A stretch of DNA of 64,000 bases from the NCBI GenBank assembly GCA_036746695.1, contig DAIODP010000001.1, forward strand, positions 1,642,787-1,706,786, written 5' to 3'. The notes below the pieces were generated by a model, which made no database searches, had not been told where the DNA came from, and saw only the letters and a list, made by a program, of their open reading frames with translations. Shown one piece after another: positions 37,236 to 47,070 of the stretch. The stretch is from Ilumatobacteraceae bacterium (GTDB lineage Bacteria > Actinomycetota > Acidimicrobiia > Acidimicrobiales > Ilumatobacteraceae). Both the position numbers and the translations under genes were made by a program. The first letter of the stretch is position 1. Each line of letters begins with the position of its first letter.

Positions 37236-37974
37236 TGTCTTCACATTGTTCCCCAACTTGGTGGACGCATTTTGTTCCGAGAGTTTGTTGGGCCGTGCGC
37301 GCAATGAAAAGATTGTGGATTTGCGCTGCCACGATTTGCGCGAACACACAACAGACGTGCACCACAGCGTGGACGACGCGCCGTTCGGTGGCGGTGCAGG
37401 CATGGTGCTGTCGGCCGAGCCCGTGTTTACCTCGGTAGAAAAAGCCAACCCGCCGCGCCCGCTGTTGTTGCTGTCGCCGGGTGGGCGCCCATTTGATCAA
37501 CACTTTGCCAACTCGTTGTCTGCACTCGACGGCTTCAGCCTGTTGTGCGGCCGCTACGAGGGCATCGATCACCGCATTCGCGAACATCTCATCGACGAAG
37601 AAGTATCGGTAGGCGACGTAGTGCTGGCCGGCGGTGAAGTTGGCGCGTGTCTCATCATCGAAGCCGTCACTCGGTTGCTGCCCGGCGTGATGGGCAACGC
37701 GGTGTCGCCAATTACTGAAAGTTTTGGGCAATCGGGTCTGCTCGAAGAGCCGCACTTCACGCGCCCAGCCGACTTCCGCGGCTTCGGCGTGCCCGAGGTG
37801 CTGCGCGGCGGCAACCACGCGCAGATCGAGCGCTGGAGGCTTGCTCAGGCCCTCCATCGCACCATTGCCAAGCGCCCCGACCTGATGGCCAAAAGGGGTC
37901 CGCTAACCCAAACAGAGCAACGCCTGTTGGAAGAGTTCCCGCCTCTCCCGTATCCTTCACACTTCACTATTTAA
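37225..37974 (+). CDS. trmD: tRNA (guanine37-N1)-methyltransferase TrmD
   Basis: ATG 37225: [16 protein letters not shown]..., [15 protein letters not shown]. Confidence 0.93.
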   Translation: MRIDVFTLFPNLVDAFCSESLLGRARNEKIVDLRCHDLREHTTDVHHSVDDAPFGGGAGMVLSAEPVFTSVEKANPPRPLLLLSPGGRPFDQHFANSLSALDGFSLLCGRYEGIDHRIREHLIDEEVSVGDVVLAGGEVGACLIIEAVTRLLPGVMGNAVSPITESFGQSGLLEEPHFTRPADFRGFGVPEVLRGGNHAQIERWRLAQALHRTIAKRPDLMAKRGPLTQTEQRLLEEFPPLPYPSHFTI

Positions 37975-37985
37975 AGGAAATCCTC

Positions 37986-38336
37986 ATGAAGAGCACCGAC
38001 CTCGTCGACAACCAATACAAGCGCACCGATATTCCAAAGATCGGCCCTGGCGACGAAGTCAAGGTGCACGTGCGCGTTGTTGAAGGTGGCAAAGAGCGCA
38101 TCCAGATTTTCCAAGGCAACGTAGTTTCCATTGCCGGCTCGGGCATCTCCGAGGCATACACCGTTCGCAAGTTGTCCTACGGCGTGGGTGTCGAGCGCAC
38201 CTTCCCAATGCACAGCCCATCAGTTGCCAAGCTCGAGTTGGTGAAGCGCGGAGACGTTCGTCGCGCCAAGCTCAACTACTTGCGCGACCGTAAGGGCAAG
38301 GCTGCCAAGGTCCGCGAAAAGCGCGACGACCAATAA
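37986..38336 (+). CDS. rplS: 50S ribosomal protein L19
   Basis: 116 aa containing [23 protein letters not shown]. Confidence 0.94.
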   Translation: MKSTDLVDNQYKRTDIPKIGPGDEVKVHVRVVEGGKERIQIFQGNVVSIAGSGISEAYTVRKLSYGVGVERTFPMHSPSVAKLELVKRGDVRRAKLNYLRDRKGKAAKVREKRDDQ

Positions 38337-38364
38337 TTGCCAACACTGCAATTTTTGGTACACA

Positions 38365-38658
38365 TTGAACACTGACGATCTCGAAAATTTCGAGGCCGAG
38401 CGCGAGTTGCAGCTGGCTCAGGAATATCAAGACGTTGTCAGCATGTTCAAGTATGCAATCGAAACTGATCGCCGGTTTTACCTGGCCAACAATGTTGATG
38501 TGAAGGTGTTGTCCGACGGGCCGCGCCCAATTTTGGAAGTGGTCTTAAGCGACGCGTGGGTGTGGGACATGTACCGAAAGAGCCGGTTCGTGCCGAGAGT
38601 GCGCGTGCTCAGTTTCAAAGACCTCAACGTCGAAGAACTTCCGCCACTCGACATCTAG
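38365..38658 (+). CDS. DUF2469 family protein
   Basis: TTG start; DLENFEAERELQLAQEYQDVVSMFKY, as in the actinobacterial DUF2469 downstream of rplS/lepB. Confidence 0.75.
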   Translation: MNTDDLENFEAERELQLAQEYQDVVSMFKYAIETDRRFYLANNVDVKVLSDGPRPILEVVLSDAWVWDMYRKSRFVPRVRVLSFKDLNVEELPPLDI

Positions 38659-38678
38659 CCGCTTCGGCACAAGCGCGC

Positions 38679-39029
38679 GTGGCGCGCGGCCAGTGGGCCG
38701 AACAACACGTTGCACGTTGGTATCAACAACACGGTTACTTGATTGTTGCGCGCAACTGGCGAAGCAAGCGCGGCGAACTGGATGTTGTTGCAACGCTTGG
38801 CGGCGTGTTGGTGGTGTGCGAAGTGAAGGCGCGCGCAACAAACGCGATGGGCACTCCAGCCGAGGCAGTGACAGTTGCCAAGCAACTGAAGATTCGTAGA
38901 GCAACCGCCGACTATCGGCAAGCATTGCGCGACGCCAACGACCCTCTCGCGCATCAAGTACAGTGCGTGCGTTTCGATGTGGCGTGCGTGCTTGGCACGC
39001 AACTCGACATGCTGCTCGACGCGTTTTAG
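38679..39029 (+). CDS. YraN family (UPF0102) endonuclease-like protein
   Basis: GTG 38679: VARGQWAEQHVARWYQQHGYLIVARNWRSKRGELDVVA...VVCEVKAR. The longer track ORF starts inside the upstream gene. Confidence 0.8.
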   Translation: MARGQWAEQHVARWYQQHGYLIVARNWRSKRGELDVVATLGGVLVVCEVKARATNAMGTPAEAVTVAKQLKIRRATADYRQALRDANDPLAHQVQCVRFDVACVLGTQLDMLLDAF

Positions 39030-39256
39030 TTTTGCGACACCACGCGATTGTCCCAGCACCCGTAGTGCCAGTGGCGACGCAAGTCGGCCGCGTCGCTCGG
39101 CACGCACACGTAGTGGCCCATCCCTTCGGGAATGTCGCGGTTGCAACCAGGGCACACATACACCTTCAACGCTTCGTACGGCTGCACACGGCGCACTTCC
39201 ACTTCGCCAAACTGGCCGTCCCAAATACCCACGATTGTTAGCCGGCCAAAGCCCAT
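39026..39256 (-). CDS. Small Zn-ribbon protein (hypothetical)
   Basis: 76 aa from ATG 39256 (MGFGRLTIVGIWDG...CPGCNRDIPEGMGHYVC...HYGCW). The longer 108-aa start is less likely. Confidence 0.45.
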   Translation of the reverse strand: MGFGRLTIVGIWDGQFGEVEVRRVQPYEALKVYVCPGCNRDIPEGMGHYVCVPSDAADLRRHWHYGCWDNRVVSQN

Positions 39257-39369
39257 GCAAGCAGGGCAACAATGGCCACCATTGCCGAGGCAACAATGAT
39301 GTAGTCGCTTGCGCGGCGTACATGCTTGCGATGCGGATTGAATCCCATCCACTCAGTATCGTCTGTGTG

Positions 39370-40146
39370 ATGGAGACACTCGAGGTTTTGCGCCAAGACG
39401 GCATTGTGACCGTGACCATGAACCGCCCATCGAAAAAGAACGCGGCCAACGGCACCATGTGGGCCGAACTGAAACAGACATTCTTAGAAATCGGATCTAA
39501 CCCCGACGACCGCGTGATGGTGCTGACAGGCGCAGGCGGCGAGTTTTGCAGCGGCGCCGACTTAAGCAGCGGCGACGCCCGTCGGGCCGAAACACATGCG
39601 CTGGCGTCCATGCGCAACATCACCGAGGTGTGCATGTCGCTTGCCCGCATTCCGCAACCCACCATTGCCAAGGTTCGTGGCGTTGCCGTTGGTGCGGGCT
39701 GCAACATGGCCCTCATTTGCGACTTGGTGGTTGCCTCCGACACCGCACGCTTCTCCGAGATATTTGCCAAGCGTGGCCTGTCGCTGGACTTTGGTGGCAG
39801 CTGGGTTCTTCCACGCCGCGTTGGCATGCATCGTGCAAAAGAGTTGGCGCTACTTGCCGAGATCATTGGTGCGCAGGAAGCCGAGCGCATTGGTCTTGTC
39901 AATCGCGTGGTGGCTGATGCCGACATCGATGCTTTCGTTGCCGACTGGGCCAAGCGCCTTGCCGCAGGCCCACCCATTGCACTTGCGCAATCGAAGCGCA
40001 TGCTCAACAATTCGTCCAACGTCACGCTCGAGCAGGCACTTGAAGATGAAGGCGCCGCGCAAGCACTCAACTTCGGCACCAAAGACACCGCCGAAGCAAT
40101 GGCCGCATTTCTCGAAAAGCGAGAGCCACGTTTCATTGGTAGGTAA
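39370..40146 (+). CDS. Enoyl-CoA hydratase/isomerase family protein
   Basis: ATG 39370: METLEVLRQDGIVTVTMNRPSKKNAANG...LTGAGGEFCSGADL...FLEKREPRF. The upstream part of the 389-aa track ORF was rejected. Confidence 0.88.
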   Translation: METLEVLRQDGIVTVTMNRPSKKNAANGTMWAELKQTFLEIGSNPDDRVMVLTGAGGEFCSGADLSSGDARRAETHALASMRNITEVCMSLARIPQPTIAKVRGVAVGAGCNMALICDLVVASDTARFSEIFAKRGLSLDFGGSWVLPRRVGMHRAKELALLAEIIGAQEAERIGLVNRVVADADIDAFVADWAKRLAAGPPIALAQSKRMLNNSSNVTLEQALEDEGAAQALNFGTKDTAEAMAAFLEKREPRFIGR

Positions 40147-40150
40147 ACCC

Positions 40151-40885
40151 GTGGTTCGTCTTGCGTTTCGTGCATGCATCGCCGCATGCACCGCACTGTT
40201 TGTTTTGGCAGCGCCAACTGTTGTTGGTGCAACGGTGCCGCCATCAACCGATACCATCCCGTTAACCGACGAGGTGCCCGACGAGCAGGGCATTGTTGTC
40301 GACGCACCACTCGTTACGTTGCCCAACACGTTGTCGGCCGTCACCACTATCCCTACGGGTTGCGCAATACCGCCCGTGCCGCAAATGGTGTTTGCTGGCG
40401 AAATTATCAAGATTGAAGATGCAACCGCAACGTTTCGTGTCGACAAATTGTTGGCCGGCACGCCTGCCGGTTACATCACCGAAAACCTTGTTGATGTTCG
40501 GTACGGGCAGGACACCAAGTTTTTGGATGTTGGCACCCGCTACATCGTCGGTGCTGCAAGCGACCCATTCTCGCCACTGCTCGTTTCGCGCGTGCGGCAA
40601 GATTCGCCACTATTCGGCGGCAACGCCGTCGTTGGCGTCAACGACTCGGCTGCAGTGTGCCCAAACTTTGAAGACCCAATTCGTACCTTGCGCGAAGACG
40701 GGGAGCCCATCGATACAGGGGTGTTGTCGCCGCTGCTGAACAACAAGTTGCTCATTGTTTTCGTGGTGTTGTTCTCGGTTGCCTTTGTGGTTGCAGGCCT
40801 GTTCGGCGTGGTGCTCTACCGCAAATCGCTTATTGGTGCCCAGCGGGGGATAAGCCGCACAAAAAAGAAAACGAAACGGCGTTAG
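40151..40885 (+). CDS. Hypothetical secreted protein with C-terminal TM anchor
   Basis: GTG 40151: VVRLAFRACIAACTALFVLAAPTVVGA signal-like N-terminus. The C-terminus is LLIVFVVLFSVAFVVAGLFGVVLY followed by a K/R tail. Confidence 0.6.
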   Translation: MVRLAFRACIAACTALFVLAAPTVVGATVPPSTDTIPLTDEVPDEQGIVVDAPLVTLPNTLSAVTTIPTGCAIPPVPQMVFAGEIIKIEDATATFRVDKLLAGTPAGYITENLVDVRYGQDTKFLDVGTRYIVGAASDPFSPLLVSRVRQDSPLFGGNAVVGVNDSAAVCPNFEDPIRTLREDGEPIDTGVLSPLLNNKLLIVFVVLFSVAFVVAGLFGVVLYRKSLIGAQRGISRTKKKTKRR

Positions 40886-40914
40886 GAAGAAAAGAAAAGT
40901 TTTTGTTTCCTAAA

Positions 40915-40965
40915 GTTCACCTAAAAATCGCATCTTTTTTGCTCTAGCGAAAATCACCATTCACT
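40915..40965 (+). promoter_or_regulatory. PHO-box-like direct repeats upstream of phoX (tentative)
   Basis: GTTCACC at 40915, AATCGCA at 40926 and ATTCACT at 40959 are in 11-nt phase. An extra AATCACC at 40952 is out of phase. Confidence 0.25.
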
Positions 40966-41012
40966 TGGCTCGTTTACCTTGCGTGCAACAACCACATCAA
41001 GGGAGAACAACA

Positions 41013-42836
41013 ATGAGCGAAGAATTCAGCAATCATTCAGATAACCGCGAGTTCGAAGATGTTTTGAACACCTACATGTCGCGCCGCAAACTTATTGTTG
41101 GCAGCCTCGCAGGCGCAGCACTCACCTTTATGGGTGGCTCGGCCGCATCGGCATCAGCTTCAAAGGGTGCAGCCGTTGGCGCAAAAGTTGCAGCCAAGGC
41201 ACCAAAGATCGGCTTCACCTCGATTCCGCTGCAGAACAGCGCAATGCCAACCATCGCACCGGAGTACACCTACAGCGTGCTCATCCCATGGCGCGAAAAG
41301 CTTGACGGCAGCGGCACGTCATTTGATTACGTTGGTTTCAATGCCGCGCAGCAAGAAAAGAGCATCGGTATCGGCCACGACGGCATGTGGTATTTCGGCG
41401 ACGATAAGAAGGGCTTGCTCTGCATCAACCACGAATATGGCACAACACCGCACGTTATGGGCAAGAGTGTTCCAACCAGCCTGGCCGACGTTCGTCTTTC
41501 GCAAGCCGCACACGGCATGTCCGTTGTAGCTATCGAGAAGTCTGGCAAGAAGTGGAAGATTGCGAAGAGCGCCAAGAACCGTCGCATTCACGGCAACACC
41601 GTTGCCAAGATGAGCGGCCCTGCAGCAACGAGCGCGTTGCTTGTCAATGCCGCCGGCAACAAAATTCAAGGCACGCTGAACAACTGTGCAAACGGAAAGA
41701 CACCATGGGGCACGTACCTCACCTGCGAGGAAAACTTCAACGGTTATTTCGGTACGACATCAAAAACATGGAAAGCAAGTGCGGAACAAGCTCGCTACGG
41801 CGTCAGTGCCGGCGGATTTGGCTATGAATGGCACAAGTTTGATCCACGATTCGACTTGGCAGACGCCTCGTACGCAAACGAAATCAACCGTTTCGGTTGG
41901 GTAGTAGAAGTGGACCCGAACGATCCGAAATCAGCACCAATCAAGCGCACCGCATTGGGTCGCATCAAGCATGAAGGCGCCGAATTGGTCATCGGAAAAG
42001 GTGGCCGCGCAGTTGTTTACATGGGAGACGACGAGCGTTTCGACTACGTGTACAAGTTTGTTTCGCGTGCTAACTGGAAGACGATGATCAAAGAAGGCGT
42101 GAGCCCACTGGACGAAGGAACGCTATATGTTGCTCGCTTCGACGACAACGGAACTGGTGTTTGGATCGAACTGAGCCCAAAGACCGCACAGCTTTCCTCG
42201 TGGACGCTGGACAAGATTCTTGTTCACACCCGCTTGGCAGCCGACCTTGTTGGCGCAACGAAGATGGACAGGCCAGAGTGGATTGCTGGTGCGCCAACAG
42301 GCGAAATGTACGTCACGCTCACCAACAACACGCAACGCGGCACCACCGGTAGGGCAGGTGTCGACAAGGCAAACCCAGTTGCAGCGAACACCTACGGCCA
42401 CATCATTCGTTGGAAAGATGCCAACGATCACCTGGGTGGAACGTTCACGTGGGAAGTGTTTGCACTTTCCAAGGACGTCACCGACGCAGGCGGCCAAATG
42501 TTCGGTTCGCCAGACGGCATCTGGGTAGACCCAGACAACCGCGTGTTCGTTCAGACCGACGGAGAACAACCAGGCAAGCAAAACGACCAGATGTTGGTAG
42601 CAAGCGGAGTAACGAAAGAATTCAAGCGCTTGTTCACCGGTGTGAAGGGCTCTGAAGTAACTGGCGTGACGGTGACCCCCGATCGTCGCACCATGTTTGT
42701 CAACCTGCAGCACCCTGGCGATGGAGACCCATCAATCAGCAACTTCCCAGCGGAGTACCAAGGCTTGGGCGGCCCAGTTCCACGCGACTGCACCATTGTG
42801 ATCACACGCAAAAACGGTGGAGTAATCGGAAGTTAG
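41013..42836 (+). CDS. phoX: PhoX-type alkaline phosphatase (DUF839) with Tat signal
   Basis: ATG 41013 follows a GGGAGA SD. Twin-arginine-type signal MSRRKLIVGSLAGAALTFMGGSAASASA. The beta-propeller DUF839 body includes NHEYG and RPEW. Confidence 0.8.
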   Translation: MSEEFSNHSDNREFEDVLNTYMSRRKLIVGSLAGAALTFMGGSAASASASKGAAVGAKVAAKAPKIGFTSIPLQNSAMPTIAPEYTYSVLIPWREKLDGSGTSFDYVGFNAAQQEKSIGIGHDGMWYFGDDKKGLLCINHEYGTTPHVMGKSVPTSLADVRLSQAAHGMSVVAIEKSGKKWKIAKSAKNRRIHGNTVAKMSGPAATSALLVNAAGNKIQGTLNNCANGKTPWGTYLTCEENFNGYFGTTSKTWKASAEQARYGVSAGGFGYEWHKFDPRFDLADASYANEINRFGWVVEVDPNDPKSAPIKRTALGRIKHEGAELVIGKGGRAVVYMGDDERFDYVYKFVSRANWKTMIKEGVSPLDEGTLYVARFDDNGTGVWIELSPKTAQLSSWTLDKILVHTRLAADLVGATKMDRPEWIAGAPTGEMYVTLTNNTQRGTTGRAGVDKANPVAANTYGHIIRWKDANDHLGGTFTWEVFALSKDVTDAGGQMFGSPDGIWVDPDNRVFVQTDGEQPGKQNDQMLVASGVTKEFKRLFTGVKGSEVTGVTVTPDRRTMFVNLQHPGDGDPSISNFPAEYQGLGGPVPRDCTIVITRKNGGVIGS

Positions 42837-43528
42837 CCAACAAATGCGGCTGTAGCAGCCGCACGCAATTCGCTGACAGCGTGCTTCAAACCTTTTGGTT
42901 CTTTGAACAATGCGCTGCCGGCGATGAGCACGTTGGCACCAGCCTTGGCTGCGCCAGCAATGGTCTTGTTTGAGATGCCGCCGTCAACTTCAACGTTGAC
43001 GGCGTCATCCAAGCCAGCGTCACGAATCATGTTGCGCACTTCACGAATCTTTGGTTCCATCGTTTGGATGTAACTCTGGCCACCGAAGCCAGGGTTCACC
43101 GTCATGACCAACACCATGTCGATCAAGTCGAGCACGTTGGCAATTTCACTTGCGGGCGTTGATGGGTTGAGTGCCACTGCAGCAGTTGCGCCAAGTTCGC
43201 GAATGTTGCCAAGTGTGCGATGCAGGTGAGTGCAAGCCTCGACATGCACAATCAAGCGTTGGCAGCCGGCTTCGACATAACGCTTGGCCATCACATCGGG
43301 CGTCAGCACCATCAGGTGCGCCTCAAACGGCAACTTGGTGAGCGAACGGGTTGAGGCAATGACGTCGGGGCCAAACGTGAGGTTAGGAACAAATTGTCCG
43401 TCCATCACATCCCACTGAATGAGGTCGACACCTGCTTCGTCGAGCGCAACAACGGCTTCACCCAATTTGGAGAAATCGACGGGAAGCACCGAAGGCGCAA
43501 TCTGAATTGGCAGCGTCACGACGATCAT
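42833..43528 (-). CDS. rpe: Ribulose-phosphate 3-epimerase
   Basis: ATG 43528: MIVVTLPIQIAPSVLPVDFSKLGE...DVMDGQFVPN...HLMV...VMTVNPGFGGQ. Confidence 0.92.
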   Translation of the reverse strand: MIVVTLPIQIAPSVLPVDFSKLGEAVVALDEAGVDLIQWDVMDGQFVPNLTFGPDVIASTRSLTKLPFEAHLMVLTPDVMAKRYVEAGCQRLIVHVEACTHLHRTLGNIRELGATAAVALNPSTPASEIANVLDLIDMVLVMTVNPGFGGQSYIQTMEPKIREVRNMIRDAGLDDAVNVEVDGGISNKTIAGAAKAGANVLIAGSALFKEPKGLKHAVSELRAAATAAFVG

Positions 43529-43566
43529 CCTAGTTGCCCAACATTTGGCTCGTAGAGTGAGATGCA

Positions 43567-44766
43567 GTGAATAACGAGCATGTGCGTTTCGAGCGGTTGG
43601 TTGCTGGCGGAGACGCACTTGGGCACCTGGCCGATGGCCGTGTGGTGTTTGTGCCGGGCGCGCTTCCAGGCGAGTTGGTCGACGTACAGATCACCCAAGC
43701 CAAGAAAGACTTCGCGCGTGGCGAAGTGGCCGCCATCATCGAGCCCTCTGCCCATCGTGTGACGCCCCCATGCCCAAACGTCGAGCGCGGCTGCGGCGGT
43801 TGTTCGTGGCAACACCTTGATGTTTCGCAACACATGGATGCAAAGGTGCAGATCGTTCGTGAAGCGCTCAAGCGCACCGCAAAGATCAACGACGCCGACA
43901 TCACCGTGGGCGGGCAAGTTGCCTCGGCCGGCACCCGCACCACCGTGCGCATGGCTGTCAATGCCGAAGGAAAGTTGGGCTTCCGCCGCGCCAACTCGCA
44001 CGACGTCATCGACACACCAACCTGCCTCATCGCGCATCCGCTGTTAAACAGCTTCATTGCCGACGTGCGCGTGAAGGGCGCAACCGAAGTAACGCTTCGT
44101 TGCGCAGTAGCCACGGGCGAAATTGGCGCCTGGTTGCACAACGAAGACGGCGAAGAGGCCCAGGGAGCAACCATCACCGGCCTGCCAAAACACACCGAGA
44201 TTGGCCGCATGGCAGTGGTGCACGAACACGTGCACGACGTTGCGCTGCAAGTTTCAATGTCTGCGTTTTTTCAGGCGTCTCCGCAAGCAGCAGAAATGTT
44301 GGTGTCGGCAGTAAACGATGCAGCCGGCGAAGAAGCACTCACCGGGCAACTTGGCTTAGTTGTCGACGCATACGGCGGCGGCGGTTTGTTCACCGCAACG
44401 CTTGTCGACAACGATGTGCCCGTCACCATTGTCGAATCAAGCCCGTCGGCTTGTGCAGATGCACGGCGCAACTTGCACGAGCACGCCGTCAACATTCAGC
44501 AAATTGCATTCGAACAATGGAGCCCCCAGGTTGCCGGCCTCGTCATTGCCGACCCGGCCCGTAACGGCCTTGGTGCCGCTGGGGTAGAAAACCTTGCACT
44601 CACCGAAGCAAGCAAAGTGGTGCTGGTTAGTTGCGACGCGGTAGCGGGAGCACGCGATATTCGACTGCTCATGAACGCGGGCTACACCTGCGACAGCATC
44701 ACGGTGCTCGACTTGTTTCCGCACACACCTCACGTTGAGGTGGTCAGTGCCTTTACACGCACTTAG
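43567..44766 (+). CDS. TrmA/RlmD-family SAM-dependent RNA (uracil-5) methyltransferase with TRAM domain
   Basis: TRAM-like N-terminus (GDALGHLADGRVVFVPGALPGELVDVQI), Cys cluster CPNVERGCGGCSWQH, and a C-terminal MTase ending VLDLFPHTPHVE. Its stop TAG 44764-44766 forms the first bases of the attL repeat. Confidence 0.8.
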   Translation: MNNEHVRFERLVAGGDALGHLADGRVVFVPGALPGELVDVQITQAKKDFARGEVAAIIEPSAHRVTPPCPNVERGCGGCSWQHLDVSQHMDAKVQIVREALKRTAKINDADITVGGQVASAGTRTTVRMAVNAEGKLGFRRANSHDVIDTPTCLIAHPLLNSFIADVRVKGATEVTLRCAVATGEIGAWLHNEDGEEAQGATITGLPKHTEIGRMAVVHEHVHDVALQVSMSAFFQASPQAAEMLVSAVNDAAGEEALTGQLGLVVDAYGGGGLFTATLVDNDVPVTIVESSPSACADARRNLHEHAVNIQQIAFEQWSPQVAGLVIADPARNGLGAAGVENLALTEASKVVLVSCDAVAGARDIRLLMNAGYTCDSITVLDLFPHTPHVEVVSAFTRT

Positions 44767-44788
44767 TGCCCCCCCTCGGATTCGAACC
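44764..44788. repeat. attL: 25-bp direct repeat (3' end of tRNA-Lys)
   Basis: tagtgccccccctcggattcgaacc is identical to 48469-48493. Confidence 0.85.
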
Positions 44789-45083
44789 AAAGTCAGCACG
44801 GCGCAAACCCAATAAAGATAAGTAAGCGCGCACCAAACGCGCACGGTGTTGCGGTTTCTTTATGCAAAACCAAGTTTGACCCCGACCCAAGTTGAATCTC
44901 TATCCGCGATTATTGGTGCATTATTGAAATATAGGAAAAGAAGCTTGCGGGGGCTTTGCCACGCCAAATAAAAAAACGGGCTTTGCGTATATAGAAAAGC
45001 GCGAGACGGGGGCTAGAGATGAACGCCCAAAAAATTGGTGCTTGGTAAAGAGTTGCAGGGGGCTCGGGGGCGTATCGATTGGC

Positions 45084-45740
45084 CTATAAAGAATCGGGAT
45101 TACGGCACTTACATCGGATTACTCCAAGCCGACCATCGGCGGGTTGAACCCAACCGGTACTTGCGCACGCATCGCATTGGGGCGTGGTTTGAAGCGCATT
45201 GCCTATAGCGCCGCTATCGAGCGCGTTGGCTTTGCGCGTTACTTGGTAAATATCTTGGTTACTTATTAGAGGTGCGGTATCAGCACCGCGCATATCGGGC
45301 ATCATTCCGCGCTTATTGCGCCATATTCCGCCCCAATCCTCATCGGTTAGGTGCGGATATTCCGCGCATAACTCATTCAACAGAACCTGCATTTGGTGTA
45401 GGTCAATAGTGCGCTTGGTGGCCGTACCTTTGCCGCCGCGGCTAACTGTTCGCACTACGCCAACCTCAGTTGCCAACCAAAGCACATCGCGCACCGCACC
45501 GACCTTGTGGCCGGTGGCATCGGCTAATTGTTCAAGTGTTGAATCGCACCAATGTCCAATCGGTTTGCCCTCACGATTTTTCTGAATCCGATCGCGATGG
45601 CCAACCTCGCCAACAATTGAACGAAATGCGCGATGCGATACTTTATGAAGCTTTGGCGATTGCTTGTAGGCGTATTCAATAATCGCGGCGCATTGGCCTT
45701 TGGTCAAGTCTGAAATTGCATTTTTCTTTTCGGTGGTCAT
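45084..45740 (-). CDS. Element-encoded hypothetical protein with wHTH-like segment and C-terminal Cys cluster (possible replication/regulatory protein)
   Basis: Start taken at ATG 45740 (MTTEKKNAISD...). Contains STLEQLADATGHKVGAVRDVLWLATEVGVV, and ends CDACASTGW...CKC. Confidence 0.5.
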   Translation of the reverse strand: MTTEKKNAISDLTKGQCAAIIEYAYKQSPKLHKVSHRAFRSIVGEVGHRDRIQKNREGKPIGHWCDSTLEQLADATGHKVGAVRDVLWLATEVGVVRTVSRGGKGTATKRTIDLHQMQVLLNELCAEYPHLTDEDWGGIWRNKRGMMPDMRGADTAPLISNQDIYQVTRKANALDSGAIGNALQTTPQCDACASTGWVQPADGRLGVIRCKCRNPDSL

Positions 45741-45828
45741 CGGTGTTGCATCGATTCGGTAGAGTTTGGGTAATCCGCGGAATAGCGCGCCACGGTCATC
45801 ATCGGTTGGCCGTGGTGACGCGAATTCC

Positions 45829-46128
45829 TTAGATTTGGTTATTGCGCCCCAATGCGGCGCGTAGGGCGGCTGTAGAGACGACACAGCGGCGGCCACAGCG
45901 AATGACGCGCACACCGGCAATCAATTCACCTGTGCGCTTGTGTGCGTTGTGTGCGGTTGCGGCTGAAACGCCGATGATCGCGGCCGCTTGGGTGACCGTA
46001 ATCGTGATAATGCTTGGGTCATCAAGCAGATTCACGGCGCTGATTGTCGGTAATTGACCATCAAGCAAGTCAGAAACGATGGATTCGCGGCTTGCTGTGC
46101 TTTCTAGATTATTGGTGGTAGTTGTCAT
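45829..46128 (-). CDS. Excisionase-family (MerR-like) HTH DNA-binding protein
   Basis: 99 aa containing ITVTQAAAIIGVSAATAHNAHKRTGELIAGVRVIRCGRRCVVSTAAL. Confidence 0.6.
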   Translation of the reverse strand: MTTTTNNLESTASRESIVSDLLDGQLPTISAVNLLDDPSIITITVTQAAAIIGVSAATAHNAHKRTGELIAGVRVIRCGRRCVVSTAALRAALGRNNQI

Positions 46129-46218
46129 AGAACCAATAATGCGCTACGGTGCGCTAGTACGCAATAGATAACTTGCGTATAAACCGATAACCGACCAATA
46201 ACCCAAAGTAGGCAACCG

Positions 46219-47070
46219 ATGGCCTCGCAACCAAGCAACACATTTCGCCACGATGGCCACGCTTACACCGTGACGATGATTGAACCAAGGTTTGGCGCAT
46301 CGGGGCAACCATCAGCCGAGGCACTAAAGCGCACAATTGTTGAACGCCCCAAAGTAACCAAAGCGAATCGGGGCAAAACGGTTACGGTCACCGGATATTT
46401 CGCGCCTGCAAGGTTTGAAATCAAAGGATTTCGCCACCCAATCGAAATTGAAACGGCGCAAACCCCGATCACCGGTGCACCCCTCACAATTCAATGGATT
46501 GGCATAGGTACGCGCGGAACATTGGCCTCGATTACCGATTGGATTACGCAAGGCCAAATATCGCTAGACAATTTGCCAATGCGCAAAATCCTTATGGCGG
46601 CCATAAAGGCAAGCGCGTTTACTGCAACCACCACGGCAGTTGATGAAATTACGGAAACAATTGATTTGGGTGGCGGTAAGTCAAAAACCCTAACGATGAA
46701 AATTGGTGACGCGCCACGATTTATGAAATTTAGAAATTCGCCCGATGTTGTATTTACGCGCATCGGCGGCGAGGCAATGCAAGTAAAGAAAACCGCCAAA
46801 GCTCTTAGCGCGCCAACGCAAGTGGAAGCAATCCATCGCGCTGATGCCGCACCAATGAAATCACCGCAAGCATTGAAGCGCATTGCCGACCTATTCACCA
46901 TTGCAGATCAATTGGGCAAAGTCGGCCGCGGTTATAAGCCAATTGCGGAATGGATTGAAATTCAAACCAACGGCCAACGGCCTGCAACTACCGCACAGCA
47001 AATGATCTCGATGGCACGCAAAGCCGGATACCTACCGAAAATCAAAGCAAAGAAACGGGGCACTAAATGA
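46219..47070 (+). CDS. Element-encoded hypothetical protein
   Basis: 283-aa ORF whose stop overlaps the integrase start (ATGA). No family recognised. Confidence 0.55.
   Translation: MASQPSNTFRHDGHAYTVTMIEPRFGASGQPSAEALKRTIVERPKVTKANRGKTVTVTGYFAPARFEIKGFRHPIEIETAQTPITGAPLTIQWIGIGTRGTLASITDWITQGQISLDNLPMRKILMAAIKASAFTATTTAVDEITETIDLGGGKSKTLTMKIGDAPRFMKFRNSPDVVFTRIGGEAMQVKKTAKALSAPTQVEAIHRADAAPMKSPQALKRIADLFTIADQLGKVGRGYKPIAEWIEIQTNGQRPATTAQQMISMARKAGYLPKIKAKKRGTK

Noticed and set aside
38655-40310. 551-aa minus-strand ORF, and the long 5' extensions of + ORFs 38977-40146 and 39596-40885
   Set aside because: The minus ORF is antisense to yraN and the enoyl-CoA hydratase. The + extensions read through other genes in Arg/Pro-rich frames. 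Recognisable protein sequence begins at 39370 and 40151 respectively.
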